DNA of 64,000 nt from Pseudobdellovibrionaceae bacterium (GTDB lineage Bacteria > Bdellovibrionota > Bdellovibrionia > Bdellovibrionales > Bdellovibrionaceae), in assembly GCA_044359815.1 (NCBI GenBank), contig JBIKLL010000002.1, positions 32,001 through 96,000 on the forward strand. Direction: 5' to 3'. Below are positions 27,026 to 36,882 of the stretch, piece by piece (the first letter of the stretch is position 1; every line of letters starts with the position of its first letter). A program made the translations under genes and the position numbers. The notes under the pieces were generated by a model. The model did not search any database. It was not told where the DNA came from and saw only the letters and a program-made list of their open reading frames with translations.

Positions 27026-28338
27026 TACATTCCGACTTGTGTATCGCTAAATGCTTGCGACATTTCTCGTTGCTGTTTACGTTTTCGGTACATCAAAATT
27101 CCTACTGCAAACAAGGCAATACCACCAGCGGCACCTAGGTAAACTAAGTCATCACCCATTCCCATGCCTTCGGTCTTTTTAGTTTTCTTAGCCATTGGCG
27201 GAGGTGGAGGTGGATTAAGTGCTTCAGCCGGAGGTGGCGGCGGAGGCAAATCGATCGGTGGAGGTGGAGGTGCTGAAGCTTCCATCGGTGGAGGAGGCGG
27301 CGGCATTTCTGGCATCGGAGGCGGAGGTGGCGGCATTGAATTAGCACCAGTCATTCCGGCAGCTGTGCCCATTGATGGATCAGCTGGCATAGAATTTTGT
27401 GCTATCTCTGTTGCTTGAGCTGGAGCTGCTTTCCAATATCTGAGCTCGGTACCAGCAGGGATTTTACCTTTTGATTCAACCATATTTGTTGCCCAGATTT
27501 CTTGCCAAGCATTGTCGTATCCCAAAAGATCCTTAGAGATATTTCTAATATTGTCTCCGTCTTTTGAAACATAGACTTCTGGAACCATTCCCAGATCTTC
27601 ATAATAAGTCAGGATCTTGGTGCGATCATCTGCCCTGACGGGGGAATTATAATAAATTTTATTTCCAGGCTTTGGTTTTGAAATAGATGGGTTAGCTTTT
27701 TTAATGTCTCTCCATCTGTCTTCAGAGCCATAAATCATTTTTGAAATTGATTTGTAAGAATCACTGGGTCTGGCTACATAAACAGCATTCAGCAATTGTC
27801 CGCCACGTTCGAAGGGAGTTGATTCCACCTTCTTGAGCGAAGCTTTTGGTTTTGGAGGCTCATCAAACGAAGGAGCTGCTGCAACTTCGGGAGCTGGTTC
27901 AGATGGTGGAGTCAATTCAGGTGGAGCATCAGTTGCCGGTGATCCTGGATCGACAGCCGAGAAACTGTCAGCCGGTGGTGTATCAGCAATTAAAGGCGGA
28001 GCATCTGCAGGTGGAGTGTCCGTCAAAGGAGCTTCTGCAACCAGATCATTTGGTGGAGGCTCGGAATCAGTGGGTGGAGCTGGAGCTTCTTCAGCAGTTG
28101 GAGGAGCTGATTCGCCAAGTGTGTCTGAGAGTGTTGCACTGTCATTAGCTGCTTGGTCCGCTGCTGCCGTTGCATCATCGACCCCTTCAACCTGTTCTAG
28201 GTTTTCAGTGCCCTCAGTGAGAGCTACGTCCCCTTCTTCTACGACTTCAGTACCATCTTCTGCCGTTTCCGCAGATGTACAACTGATTGTTGTAACCAGT
28301 GCTGGTATGATTGCCAATAATAGGATTATTTTTTTCAT
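27025..28338 (-). CDS. Pro-rich lipoprotein with two LysM-like domains and a C-terminal TM
   Basis: Lipobox-like TISC; YVARPSDSYKSISKMIYG..RWRDI..AN and YVSKDGDNIRNISKDLLG...W.EI; polyproline tracts; TM followed by RKRK. Confidence 0.75.
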   Translation of the reverse strand: MKKIILLLAIIPALVTTISCTSAETAEDGTEVVEEGDVALTEGTENLEQVEGVDDATAAADQAANDSATLSDTLGESAPPTAEEAPAPPTDSEPPPNDLVAEAPLTDTPPADAPPLIADTPPADSFSAVDPGSPATDAPPELTPPSEPAPEVAAAPSFDEPPKPKASLKKVESTPFERGGQLLNAVYVARPSDSYKSISKMIYGSEDRWRDIKKANPSISKPKPGNKIYYNSPVRADDRTKILTYYEDLGMVPEVYVSKDGDNIRNISKDLLGYDNAWQEIWATNMVESKGKIPAGTELRYWKAAPAQATEIAQNSMPADPSMGTAAGMTGANSMPPPPPPMPEMPPPPPPMEASAPPPPPIDLPPPPPPAEALNPPPPPPMAKKTKKTEGMGMGDDLVYLGAAGGIALFAVGILMYRKRKQQREMSQAFSDTQVGM

Positions 28339-28460
28339 GCCACTCTTCCTTGATGTTGCGTCTAGAACTTTCTGTTCCTTCTTTAAATTAGATCATAGTT
28401 GAATATTAATGCAAACCATTAAAGGTCCTGACTGATTTAGAGTTTGGGTATTTAGTCTAG

Positions 28461-28919
28461 CTATTTGTTAGTTTTGGTATCTGATTTTAGTATAGAAAAA
28501 GTCGTGCCCACCTTGATGCCATTATTTTTAAACCAATTTTTGTTCATTTCTAAAACGAACTGGGTGGGAAACTGGCTAGGGTAGCGAGGCACATCGACTT
28601 GCAATTCAGAAGTCACTGGAATCATTTCTAGAATTTCAGTCAGTTTTTTATTTTTATCAAAATATCCGATCGACAAAGGTATGAAAGTATTTTTCATCCA
28701 AAAAGTGTGAAAATCTTCTTTATCGAAAATAAAAAGCATTCCCGAATTGGCTTCAAGCTTTTGCCTGAACATCAATCCTTGCTGTTGGGCCTTGGGAGTA
28801 TCTGCTATTTCAACAGTAATGATTTTATTTCCTAATTTAATTTCTCCTGTTTTAAATAAATTTTCGTTAGCTGTTGCTGACGTGCTGACTGCGATTAATA
28901 ATATCCAATGCCAAACCAT
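28461..28919 (-). CDS. DUF192-family protein
   Basis: VEIADT...GLMFR...GMLFIF...FWMKNTFIPLSI...VLEMN. Likely start MVWHW at 28919. Confidence 0.9.
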   Translation of the reverse strand: MVWHWILLIAVSTSATANENLFKTGEIKLGNKIITVEIADTPKAQQQGLMFRQKLEANSGMLFIFDKEDFHTFWMKNTFIPLSIGYFDKNKKLTEILEMIPVTSELQVDVPRYPSQFPTQFVLEMNKNWFKNNGIKVGTTFSILKSDTKTNK

Positions 28920-29790
28920 ACCTAAGTCCTTTGGTTGAAACACTTAATTTCTGCTGTGCAAATTTATCTAATAAATAACTTAAAATAGTTGCTCCAGCAA
29001 AAATAATATCAGCTCGCCCTTTGTCTATACCAATTTCAATTGTTTGCTGTGGATTTAACAATTGCAACTGCTGAGTCTTGCTTTGAAGCCATTCAGCAGA
29101 AAACTGATATCCATTGATTTTATCAAAATCAAAAGTTCCAATTTCAGCTCTGGCTAATTCAGTGGGCGTGCCTGCAACCGCAATTAATTTTCGTTCTGAT
29201 GTATCAGTGATCTTTTGGAATGCAGCTGAGAACAAACTATCTAATGTTGATCGTATTTTTATTGGATCCCTGTTTTTCAGATCTGCTAAATCTAATTTTT
29301 CAGTTAAATTCACAGCACCAATTGGAACGCTGATAGAAAATTCGATACTGGCGCCCTTGCCTAAAACAATTTCAGTTGATCCACCGCCAATATCAATGAT
29401 TGCCAGTTTTCCATGGGACAGAAAATCCGCAGCAGCACCCAGATATGTTAGCCTGGCTTCCTCGGATCCAGAAATAATTTGTACCGGTATCTGTAATAGT
29501 TGGCAGATATTGATTAAAGGTGATGGATCTGAAACTTTTCTGGCGGCTGCGGTTGCTACCGCAGTAATAATATCAGGTTTAAATTTATCAATTTGGATTT
29601 TGAACCTAGCCAAGGTTTCTTGGGCGCGAATAAGGGCTTGCGGATCAAAGCTTTTTTGAGACTCTAGATTTTTACCCAGCCGAACAATTTCTACCTGATC
29701 ACTCAGAGTCTTCAAGATTCCATTACTGTCTGTTTCAGCCACCAGACACAAAAATGAGTTTGATCCCAGGTCTAAAGCTGCCAGTTTCAT
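28867..29790 (-). CDS. Ppx/GppA-family phosphatase (short form)
   Basis: AALDLGSNS, ATAAAR, ISGSEEA, DIGGGSTE, GRADII, GLRYG. Confidence 0.9.
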   Translation of the reverse strand: MKLAALDLGSNSFLCLVAETDSNGILKTLSDQVEIVRLGKNLESQKSFDPQALIRAQETLARFKIQIDKFKPDIITAVATAAARKVSDPSPLINICQLLQIPVQIISGSEEARLTYLGAAADFLSHGKLAIIDIGGGSTEIVLGKGASIEFSISVPIGAVNLTEKLDLADLKNRDPIKIRSTLDSLFSAAFQKITDTSERKLIAVAGTPTELARAEIGTFDFDKINGYQFSAEWLQSKTQQLQLLNPQQTIEIGIDKGRADIIFAGATILSYLLDKFAQQKLSVSTKGLRYGLALDIINRSQHVSNS

Positions 29791-31223
29791 TTGGAGCTAA
29801 GCTTTTGGATCAGGATTTTATTAACCAAATCAGGGTTGGCCTGTCCCTTGGATAGTTTCATCACAGCTCCAACAAAAAATCCTAAGACTTTTGTTTTTCC
29901 AGCTTTATATTCTGCGACCTGACCGGCGTTTTCGGATAAAACCTGATCTATGATTTTTTCGATAGCACCACTATCAGAAATCTGCATTAAAACCTTTTCA
30001 GAAATAATTTCTTGTGCTGATTTTCCGCTTTGCCACATTTCACTGAAAACAGTTTTGCCAATTTTTCCACTGATTTTACCGTCTTCGATGAGCTGAATCA
30101 GTTTTCCCAAGCTGCTGGCAGTTACGGGACTTGATTTAATCTGCAGATTTGAAGCTTTCAATTCACGAATCAACTCTGTCATTACCCAATTAGAAGCAGA
30201 TTTTGCATTACCACATTCTTTAAAAACAGCTTCAAAATATTCTGACAAACCCAATTCAGAAGTCAAAATTTGGGCATCATATTCAGGTAAACCCAATTCA
30301 CTGATAAATCTGTTTTGTTTTGCCTCGGGCAGTTCGGGAAGTTGGCTTTTTATTTTCTGAATATATGCTTCATCAATTACTATAGGCAATAAATCTGGAT
30401 CCGGAAAATACCGATAGTCTTGAGCGTCTTCTTTGGTTCTCATGCTGAAAGTTCGATTTTTATCAGGATCCCAAAGCCTGGTTTCTTGAATTATTTTTTG
30501 ACCTGACTCTATTAAATCAATCTGACGATCAATTTCGTATTCTATGGCTTTTTCAACAAACCGAAATGAATTTATATTTTTAAGTTCTACCTTTGTGCCA
30601 AATTTTTCGATACCTGTTTTTTTGACACTGACGTTGCAATCACACCTGAGGGATCCTTCCTCAAGATTTCCATCGCAAACATCCAAATACTGCAAGATTT
30701 GTCTGATGGTTCTGGCATATTCGGCAGCTTCTTGAGGAGTTCTGATGTCAGGTTCAGATACAATTTCAAGTAACGGAATTCCGGCCCTATTATAATTTAA
30801 CAAAGTGTATTCACCATGGTGAGTAGATTTACCCGCGTCTTCCTCCATGTGTGCTCTGGTGATACCTATGGTTTTTGATTTACCATCTAATTTAATATTA
30901 ATTTTGCCGTTTTCACAGATAGGTAGCTCATACTGTGAAATCTGATACCCCTTAGGTAAATCAGGATAAAAATAATTCTTGCGGGCAAATACAGATTTTT
31001 TACGAATATTGCATCCTAGAGCTAATCCAGTTTTTACTGAATACTCAATTGCGCGCATATTCACCACAGGTAAAGTTCCTGGCATTCCCACAGTCACAGG
31101 AGAAATGTTTTCGTTATCGCCAGCATCAAAATTAGTCGGGTCAGAACAAAACATTTTAGATTTTGTTTTTAGCTGAGCATGAATCTCAAGTCCAATGACA
31201 GCGTCATATCCCCTAAAAGACAT
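29787..31223 (-). CDS. gatB: Asp/Glu-tRNA amidotransferase subunit B
   Basis: VIGLEIHAQL, RKNYFYPDLPKGYQISQ, YRYFPDPDL; start MSFRGY at 31223. Confidence 0.97.
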   Translation of the reverse strand: MSFRGYDAVIGLEIHAQLKTKSKMFCSDPTNFDAGDNENISPVTVGMPGTLPVVNMRAIEYSVKTGLALGCNIRKKSVFARKNYFYPDLPKGYQISQYELPICENGKINIKLDGKSKTIGITRAHMEEDAGKSTHHGEYTLLNYNRAGIPLLEIVSEPDIRTPQEAAEYARTIRQILQYLDVCDGNLEEGSLRCDCNVSVKKTGIEKFGTKVELKNINSFRFVEKAIEYEIDRQIDLIESGQKIIQETRLWDPDKNRTFSMRTKEDAQDYRYFPDPDLLPIVIDEAYIQKIKSQLPELPEAKQNRFISELGLPEYDAQILTSELGLSEYFEAVFKECGNAKSASNWVMTELIRELKASNLQIKSSPVTASSLGKLIQLIEDGKISGKIGKTVFSEMWQSGKSAQEIISEKVLMQISDSGAIEKIIDQVLSENAGQVAEYKAGKTKVLGFFVGAVMKLSKGQANPDLVNKILIQKLSSK

Positions 31224-32685
31224 TTGGAGTCCTTTGGTTATTAAATGTTTTTTCAAACGAATACGCTATTTGCAAAAGCTTTTCCTCTTGAAAATGACCG
31301 CCCGTAAGCTGAATACCAATGGGCAATCCGGATTCAGAAAAACCGTATGGCAGGCTCATCCCAGGTAGGCCTGCTAAATTTGTTGAAGTCGTAAAAATGT
31401 CATTTAAAAACATTGCTAATGGGTTAGCGATTTTATCCCCGATTTTAAACGCTGGAGTTGTAGATACCGGGCTTAAAATCACATCGCATTCTTTTAATGC
31501 ATCTACCATTTGATCCCTCAGAAGTCTTCTGACCCTGCAGGCTTTTAAATAATAAGCGTCAAAATATCCTGATGATAAGCAATAGGTCCCGATCATAATC
31601 CGTCTTTTAACCTCTTTGCCAAAGCCTTCAGCTCGAGTAGATCCATAGAAATTCTCAAGATCCAAATCAGCCAAGTTTTCAAAATGACTGCGGTGACCGT
31701 ATTTTACACCATCATAACGGGCTAAATTACTGGAAGCTTCGCTGGCAGCAACCAGATAATAAATTGGCACTGCAAATTTGGTTAAAGGCACTGATAGTTC
31801 TTTGATCACAGCACCATTTTTCTGAGCCGTTGTGATCGCTGATTGAAATACCTTTTCAACATCTTTATCCACAGCACCTGATGTGTATTCTTTTATAATT
31901 CCAATTTTAAGTCCCTTAAAATTTTCTTTCAAATTTTTCGAAAATTGAGGAACGGGCTTTTGCGAAGTAGTTGAGTCCAATTCATCATGTCCACAAATGC
32001 TTTCCAGACAGAGTGCTGCATCGGTAACTGATGAAACCATCGGACCCGCTTGATCCAATGAAGAGGCATAAGCAATCACTCCGTACCTACTGACACGTCC
32101 GTAAGTTGGTTTGATTCCGACCACTCCACAAAAATTTGATGGCTGTCTGATGCTACCACCTGTGTCGGTACCAATGGATCCCGCAACCAATCGGGCGGCT
32201 TGAGCCGCAGCCGAACCACCGCTGGATCCACCAGGCACGTAGCCTGTGTTCCAAGGGTTTTTCACAATGCCAAAGGCAGAGGTCTCATTGCTGGATCCCA
32301 TGGCAAATTCATCTTGATTTAGTTTTCCTAAAACTAATGCCCCTGATTTTTTCAATCTTGCCACTACAGTTGAATCATAGGGCGGTATAAAATTACCCAG
32401 CATTTTAGAGCCAGCAGTTGTTTTGATGCCCTTTGTGCAGAGCATGTCTTTGATGCCAAAAGGAAGACCCACTAAAATTCCAGGCTCTTTCCCGCTAGAA
32501 ATTTCCTGATCCAGTTTTTTTGCCTGATCAATTAGTTTTTCGTTATAAGTTATGATGGAATTTAATTGCTTATCCAGTTTCTGAGCTCGATTCAGAAAAA
32601 ACTCAGCCACTTCTTGGCAAGAAATTTTTTTGTTTCGAATTGCTGAGTTGATTTGTGAAAAATCGGATTTAAGCAGATCCATCAT
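31213..32685 (-). CDS. gatA: Asp/Glu-tRNA amidotransferase subunit A
   Basis: Amidase signature PGGSSGGSAAA, GTDTGGSIRQP, SSNLARYDG. Confidence 0.97.
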   Translation of the reverse strand: MMDLLKSDFSQINSAIRNKKISCQEVAEFFLNRAQKLDKQLNSIITYNEKLIDQAKKLDQEISSGKEPGILVGLPFGIKDMLCTKGIKTTAGSKMLGNFIPPYDSTVVARLKKSGALVLGKLNQDEFAMGSSNETSAFGIVKNPWNTGYVPGGSSGGSAAAQAARLVAGSIGTDTGGSIRQPSNFCGVVGIKPTYGRVSRYGVIAYASSLDQAGPMVSSVTDAALCLESICGHDELDSTTSQKPVPQFSKNLKENFKGLKIGIIKEYTSGAVDKDVEKVFQSAITTAQKNGAVIKELSVPLTKFAVPIYYLVAASEASSNLARYDGVKYGHRSHFENLADLDLENFYGSTRAEGFGKEVKRRIMIGTYCLSSGYFDAYYLKACRVRRLLRDQMVDALKECDVILSPVSTTPAFKIGDKIANPLAMFLNDIFTTSTNLAGLPGMSLPYGFSESGLPIGIQLTGGHFQEEKLLQIAYSFEKTFNNQRTPNVF

Positions 32686-32690
32686 TTATC

Positions 32691-32972
32691 CTAAACAACA
32701 GGGGGAACAGTAAATAAATTGCCAGTTTTTTCAGGCGCGTTGGCCAACATTTCATCAGTCGAATAAGACTTTTTGTCTTCGTCGGGGCGCCAAAAGGCTT
32801 CAATGTCAGTTGGTGTCACAAGAGGTTCAATGTTGTCTGTTTTAATTTCAGAAACTTGTTCAAAATATTTTAAAATGCTAGATAATTGGTCGGCATATTG
32901 GCTGGATTCCTCATCGGTGATTTTGAGTCTGGCCAATTTTGCAATGTGTGAAACATCTTTTTTGTCGATCAC
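32691..32972 (-). CDS. gatC: Asp/Glu-tRNA amidotransferase subunit C
   Basis: GTG start after GGAGG; HIAKLARL...LANAP...F.VP.V. Confidence 0.93.
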   Translation of the reverse strand: MIDKKDVSHIAKLARLKITDEESSQYADQLSSILKYFEQVSEIKTDNIEPLVTPTDIEAFWRPDEDKKSYSTDEMLANAPEKTGNLFTVPPVV

Positions 32973-33025
32973 AATTGTCCTCCGTGTTGATATGGAATTT
33001 TGCAAAATCTATGGATAAAGGCTTG

Positions 33026-35071
33026 ATGAGTAAAAGTAAAGAGAAACCATCTGAAAAATCAATATCTTCAGATATCATAAATAAACACGAAGAATTAAAA
33101 AAACTTATTAGGGAACACGATTATAATTATCATGTCCTGGATAAGCCGATGATTTCTGATTATGCCTTTGATCAATTATTTCAAGAATTGCTGGAACTGG
33201 AAACCAATAATCCAGGATTAGGTTTAATGGATTCGCCTTCTCAAAGGATTGGTAGCCAACCATTGGAAGCCTTTAATAAGGTTGAACACCGCACCCCAAT
33301 GTTGAGTCTGTCAAACAGCTATTCCCCAGAGGAAATTTTAAAGTTTGATGAAAGGGTGAAAGCTTTTTTGAAATCCGAAGAGCCCCTTCAGTATTATTGT
33401 GAACCCAAGTTTGATGGTTTAGCTTTGGAACTGGTTTACGAAGAAGGCTTGCTGGTCAGAGCCCTTACCAGAGGTGATGGCAATGTTGGTGAGGACGTCA
33501 CTCTGAATGTAAAGACCATCAGAACTATCCCACTGGTACTGAATATGAAAACTGCACCGAAGCTTTTTGAAGTACGTGGTGAAGCTCTGATGTTCAAAGA
33601 AGATTTTAAAGAACTGAATGAGTCCCAAGAAGAGCTAGGTCTGCAAATATTTGCCAACCCCCGAAATGCAGCGGCTGGTACTATACGCCAATTAGATTCA
33701 GCCATCACTGCCAGCCGACCATTGAAGTTTTTTGCTTACGCTATTGGGGTTACTGATGATTTGAATTTTAAATCACAGATGGATTTAGGGGAATTTTTTC
33801 TGAAGGCTGGGCTTCCTGTTGTCGAGAAATTTAAAAATCAAAAGCTCAGAATGATTTGCAATGGGCCCACAGAAGTTATCGAATTCTATCACTCCATAGA
33901 AAAAATTCGTGAATCCCTGCCGTTTGAAATCGACGGAGTTGTTGTTAAGGTTAACAGTCTAAGGCTGCAAGACGACCTGGGGTTGGTAGCCAGAAGCCCC
34001 AGATGGGCAACAGCTGCAAAATACAAACCGGCTGAAGCCAGAACAGTGATTGAATCCATTGATGTTCAAGTCGGTCGTACAGGAACGCTAACACCCGTTG
34101 CCGTTATGAAGCCTGTGAAAGTTGGCGGGGTCACTATAACGAATGCGACTCTGCATAACCAAGAAGAAATTGATCGCAAAGATGTTAGGGTCGGGGACGC
34201 CGTTATTGTTCATCGAGCGGGTGATGTTATCCCAGAAGTTGTGTCTGTGATTTTGTCTGAACGTCCGAAAAATTCTACTCCCTTTAAGCTTCCCAACCAT
34301 TGCCCGGTTTGCGGCGAAAAGGCGGTGCGGTTCGAGGAAGAAGTGGCTCTTAGGTGCGTGAATTCAACCTGTCCTGCGATTTTAAAAGAATCGTTGAAAC
34401 ATTTTGTGTCCAGAAGGGCCATGAACATAGACAAGGTTGGAGACAGATTGATTGAAACTTTGGTTGATCAAAAACTGGTGAAATGTTTTTCTGATTTATA
34501 TAAATTAAAATCAGATCAACTGTTGGCCCTGGATCGTCAGGGTGAAAAATCCGTTCAGAATGTTTTGTCCAGCATCAAAAAAAGCCAGCAGACACAGTTA
34601 TCACGGTTTATCCATGCACTAGGTATACGTTTTGTTGGCGAACAAACTGCAAAATTATTGGCTGCACATTATGGGACCATGGATGAGTTTTTAGGATCTA
34701 CCGAGGAAGAATTATTGAAAGTTCCCGAGGTCGGACCAAAAGTTGCCAAGGCCATTTTGGATTGGATTAGAAATCCCAAAAATAAAAAAGAAGTTAACGA
34801 GCTTTTAATAAGCGGTGTTAAAATCATCACTGTTTCCAAAAAGCAGGATGGTCCTTTTAATGGAAAAAGTTTTTTGATCACTGGAACCTTACCCGTTAAA
34901 CGAGATGAAGCTCAGGATTGGATTGAAAAAAATGGTGGAAAAATCTTGAGCTCTGTTTCATCAAAGCTAGATTTCTTAGTGGTCGGAGACGATCCGGGCT
35001 CTAAGTTAATTAAAGCCCAGTCTTTAGGTTTAAAAATTATTTCTTGGGATGAACTGAAAAAAATGATCTAG
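33026..35071 (+). CDS. ligA: NAD-dependent DNA ligase
   Basis: EPKFDGLA, FANPRNAAAG, VGRTGTLTP, Cys4 zinc finger, HhH motifs, C-terminal BRCT. Start at 33026 or 33011. Confidence 0.98.
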   Translation: MSKSKEKPSEKSISSDIINKHEELKKLIREHDYNYHVLDKPMISDYAFDQLFQELLELETNNPGLGLMDSPSQRIGSQPLEAFNKVEHRTPMLSLSNSYSPEEILKFDERVKAFLKSEEPLQYYCEPKFDGLALELVYEEGLLVRALTRGDGNVGEDVTLNVKTIRTIPLVLNMKTAPKLFEVRGEALMFKEDFKELNESQEELGLQIFANPRNAAAGTIRQLDSAITASRPLKFFAYAIGVTDDLNFKSQMDLGEFFLKAGLPVVEKFKNQKLRMICNGPTEVIEFYHSIEKIRESLPFEIDGVVVKVNSLRLQDDLGLVARSPRWATAAKYKPAEARTVIESIDVQVGRTGTLTPVAVMKPVKVGGVTITNATLHNQEEIDRKDVRVGDAVIVHRAGDVIPEVVSVILSERPKNSTPFKLPNHCPVCGEKAVRFEEEVALRCVNSTCPAILKESLKHFVSRRAMNIDKVGDRLIETLVDQKLVKCFSDLYKLKSDQLLALDRQGEKSVQNVLSSIKKSQQTQLSRFIHALGIRFVGEQTAKLLAAHYGTMDEFLGSTEEELLKVPEVGPKVAKAILDWIRNPKNKKEVNELLISGVKIITVSKKQDGPFNGKSFLITGTLPVKRDEAQDWIEKNGGKILSSVSSKLDFLVVGDDPGSKLIKAQSLGLKIISWDELKKMI

Positions 35072-35262
35072 ATATGATCAATATTGATATCGCGAGCCAT
35101 AACGGTTTTACGTCCGTCTTCTTTGGCATTATCGATACCTTTTGAGCAAAGTGCTTCGATTGCTTTGCTGAGTACATCAATAGTCTCAGATGATGTATTC
35201 ATTGAGCCTTTTTCTTTGATGTATTTCTTAACTTTACTTGTCACAACTAATACGTCAGCCAT
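35068..35262 (-). CDS. Bacterial histone-fold protein (Bd0055/HBb-like singlet)
   Basis: MADVLVVTSKVKKYIKEKGSMNTSSETIDVLSKAIEALCSKGIDNAKEDGRKTVMARDI. Helix-loop-long helix with the A...GRKTV...D histone signature; strong AAGGAGGA RBS. Confidence 0.92.
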   Translation of the reverse strand: MADVLVVTSKVKKYIKEKGSMNTSSETIDVLSKAIEALCSKGIDNAKEDGRKTVMARDINIDHI

Positions 35263-35354
35263 GTTTCCTCCTTATGTCCAGGCGCCTGATGGTTTTTAAA
35301 ACCATTTCCACAAAAGGTTGTCACAACACGCTTATATTTACAATGGGATTCAAT

Positions 35355-36824
35355 TTAACGGGTTTTGCGCTCTGAGCTAGACTTCTTTCTGGGCTTACCA
35401 AGAGACCCAAAAGACTTTTCTCCATCAAAAATTTGAAGCGACGCCCTGCGCTGATTGTTGTCGCCAGGCTCAATCCACACAAAAGTTTTTGAATCGATCA
35501 TTTTTGTGCATTCAACGTCAGTAAAAGCCGGCGACCAAGTGCCGCTGTTCAAATGTTCAACTGCCCCAATCATTTCATGTCGTGATTTATGTGTGTGCCC
35601 GTAAACAATTCTGTTCACTTTTGTGATCGTGCCAGCCATTGATAATATTCGTTCATCGGGCTCTTTGTATGAAGACACCATCGACACTACAGATTTCGAA
35701 TAAAACAGAAAAAACGGCAACAGTATAAACAATGGGATAAATGCCCAAAAAAATGGTAAATCAAAAAAATTCTGAGCAAAAAGCATCAACTGAAAGATCA
35801 CAAAAAATCCAATAAAAATCAAAAAAGCCCTATCAAGCCACAACTCCCGAGCAATCATAAAAGGATTGTTGGTGGCCGGTTCAACAAAGAGTTCCTTAAG
35901 TTCCCTAACCATTCTGGGCTCTGCATTTGATTTGTGAGCAATATAATTAATTTTATCTTCGATCTTCAATGGATCACGAATAGGGGAATTCCATTTCTCG
36001 GTGAAGCCTTTCATTAGGGTGACCACGGCTCCAAAAAACCAATCCCATATTAACAATGGCTGAGCCCGCCAAATATATTTAATAAAGAATGCGACGTATT
36101 CGCCCAAACTCATAATGTAATTTGAATCCACATGGGGATTAAAAAATCCCATGCCGTTTAAAATATACCTGCAAGCCAAATTTCCAAAGGGCAGTCTGAT
36201 AGATTTAAAATTATAGCCTCGTATAAAGGGATGCACTGGATCTTCGCAAATACAATAAGGGTCGTATTGATTGCCATGTTCAATCAAAGTGTCTTTGTTA
36301 CTAATATAAAACCATTCGCAAAATCTGACTCTGGATTTTTCTTTCTCTTTCAAATCCAATGCATTGACTATGGATTCCTGAACTTCTGAATAATGTAGCT
36401 CAAGATCGTGATTGCCAAAAACAAAGACCAGTTTATGGCCTCGTTTTACAAAATCACTAAGAGCTTTAAACCAAATCGGATGATCTTTGATAATTGCATC
36501 AATCTTGTATTTTGAGCGCTCAGGGCGTGGATACAGTCCACGAATTTGTTCAAGCCATGTTACCCTAAAGGTCGGATGTTCCGGTATTGTGGTAATGGAA
36601 TCAAAATCAAAAATGTCTCCATTTAATATTAGTTCGATGGGATCAGTGCCAGCGCGTTTTTCCAGATGAAATAAAAAATCGCTGAAGGCCTGATCAAAGA
36701 AAAAATCCGCGGATTTATATTTCTTCCACAATGGAAACTTAGGATTCAGAGGTTCTGCCTCACATAAATGCAGATCGCTGACTATTGCTGTGAAATCTGC
36801 CTTAAGAAATTCATTGTGGGCCAT
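35355..36824 (-). CDS. Calcineurin-like metallophosphoesterase with internal TM hairpin
   Basis: SDLH, LNGDIFD, GNHD, EHG, GHTH motifs; two hydrophobic helices before GHTH; start MAHNEF at 36824. Confidence 0.85.
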   Translation of the reverse strand: MAHNEFLKADFTAIVSDLHLCEAEPLNPKFPLWKKYKSADFFFDQAFSDFLFHLEKRAGTDPIELILNGDIFDFDSITTIPEHPTFRVTWLEQIRGLYPRPERSKYKIDAIIKDHPIWFKALSDFVKRGHKLVFVFGNHDLELHYSEVQESIVNALDLKEKEKSRVRFCEWFYISNKDTLIEHGNQYDPYCICEDPVHPFIRGYNFKSIRLPFGNLACRYILNGMGFFNPHVDSNYIMSLGEYVAFFIKYIWRAQPLLIWDWFFGAVVTLMKGFTEKWNSPIRDPLKIEDKINYIAHKSNAEPRMVRELKELFVEPATNNPFMIARELWLDRAFLIFIGFFVIFQLMLFAQNFFDLPFFWAFIPLFILLPFFLFYSKSVVSMVSSYKEPDERILSMAGTITKVNRIVYGHTHKSRHEMIGAVEHLNSGTWSPAFTDVECTKMIDSKTFVWIEPGDNNQRRASLQIFDGEKSFGSLGKPRKKSSSERKTR

Positions 36825-36882
36825 ATCCTTCATTATATTTATGTTTGATGATAAATGAATACTTTTGTGATAATAATTTTCT

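Noticed and set aside
27164..28402. Gly-rich plus-strand ORFs (84, 100 and 189 aa)
   Set aside because: Antisense shadows of the Pro-rich codons of the LysM protein.
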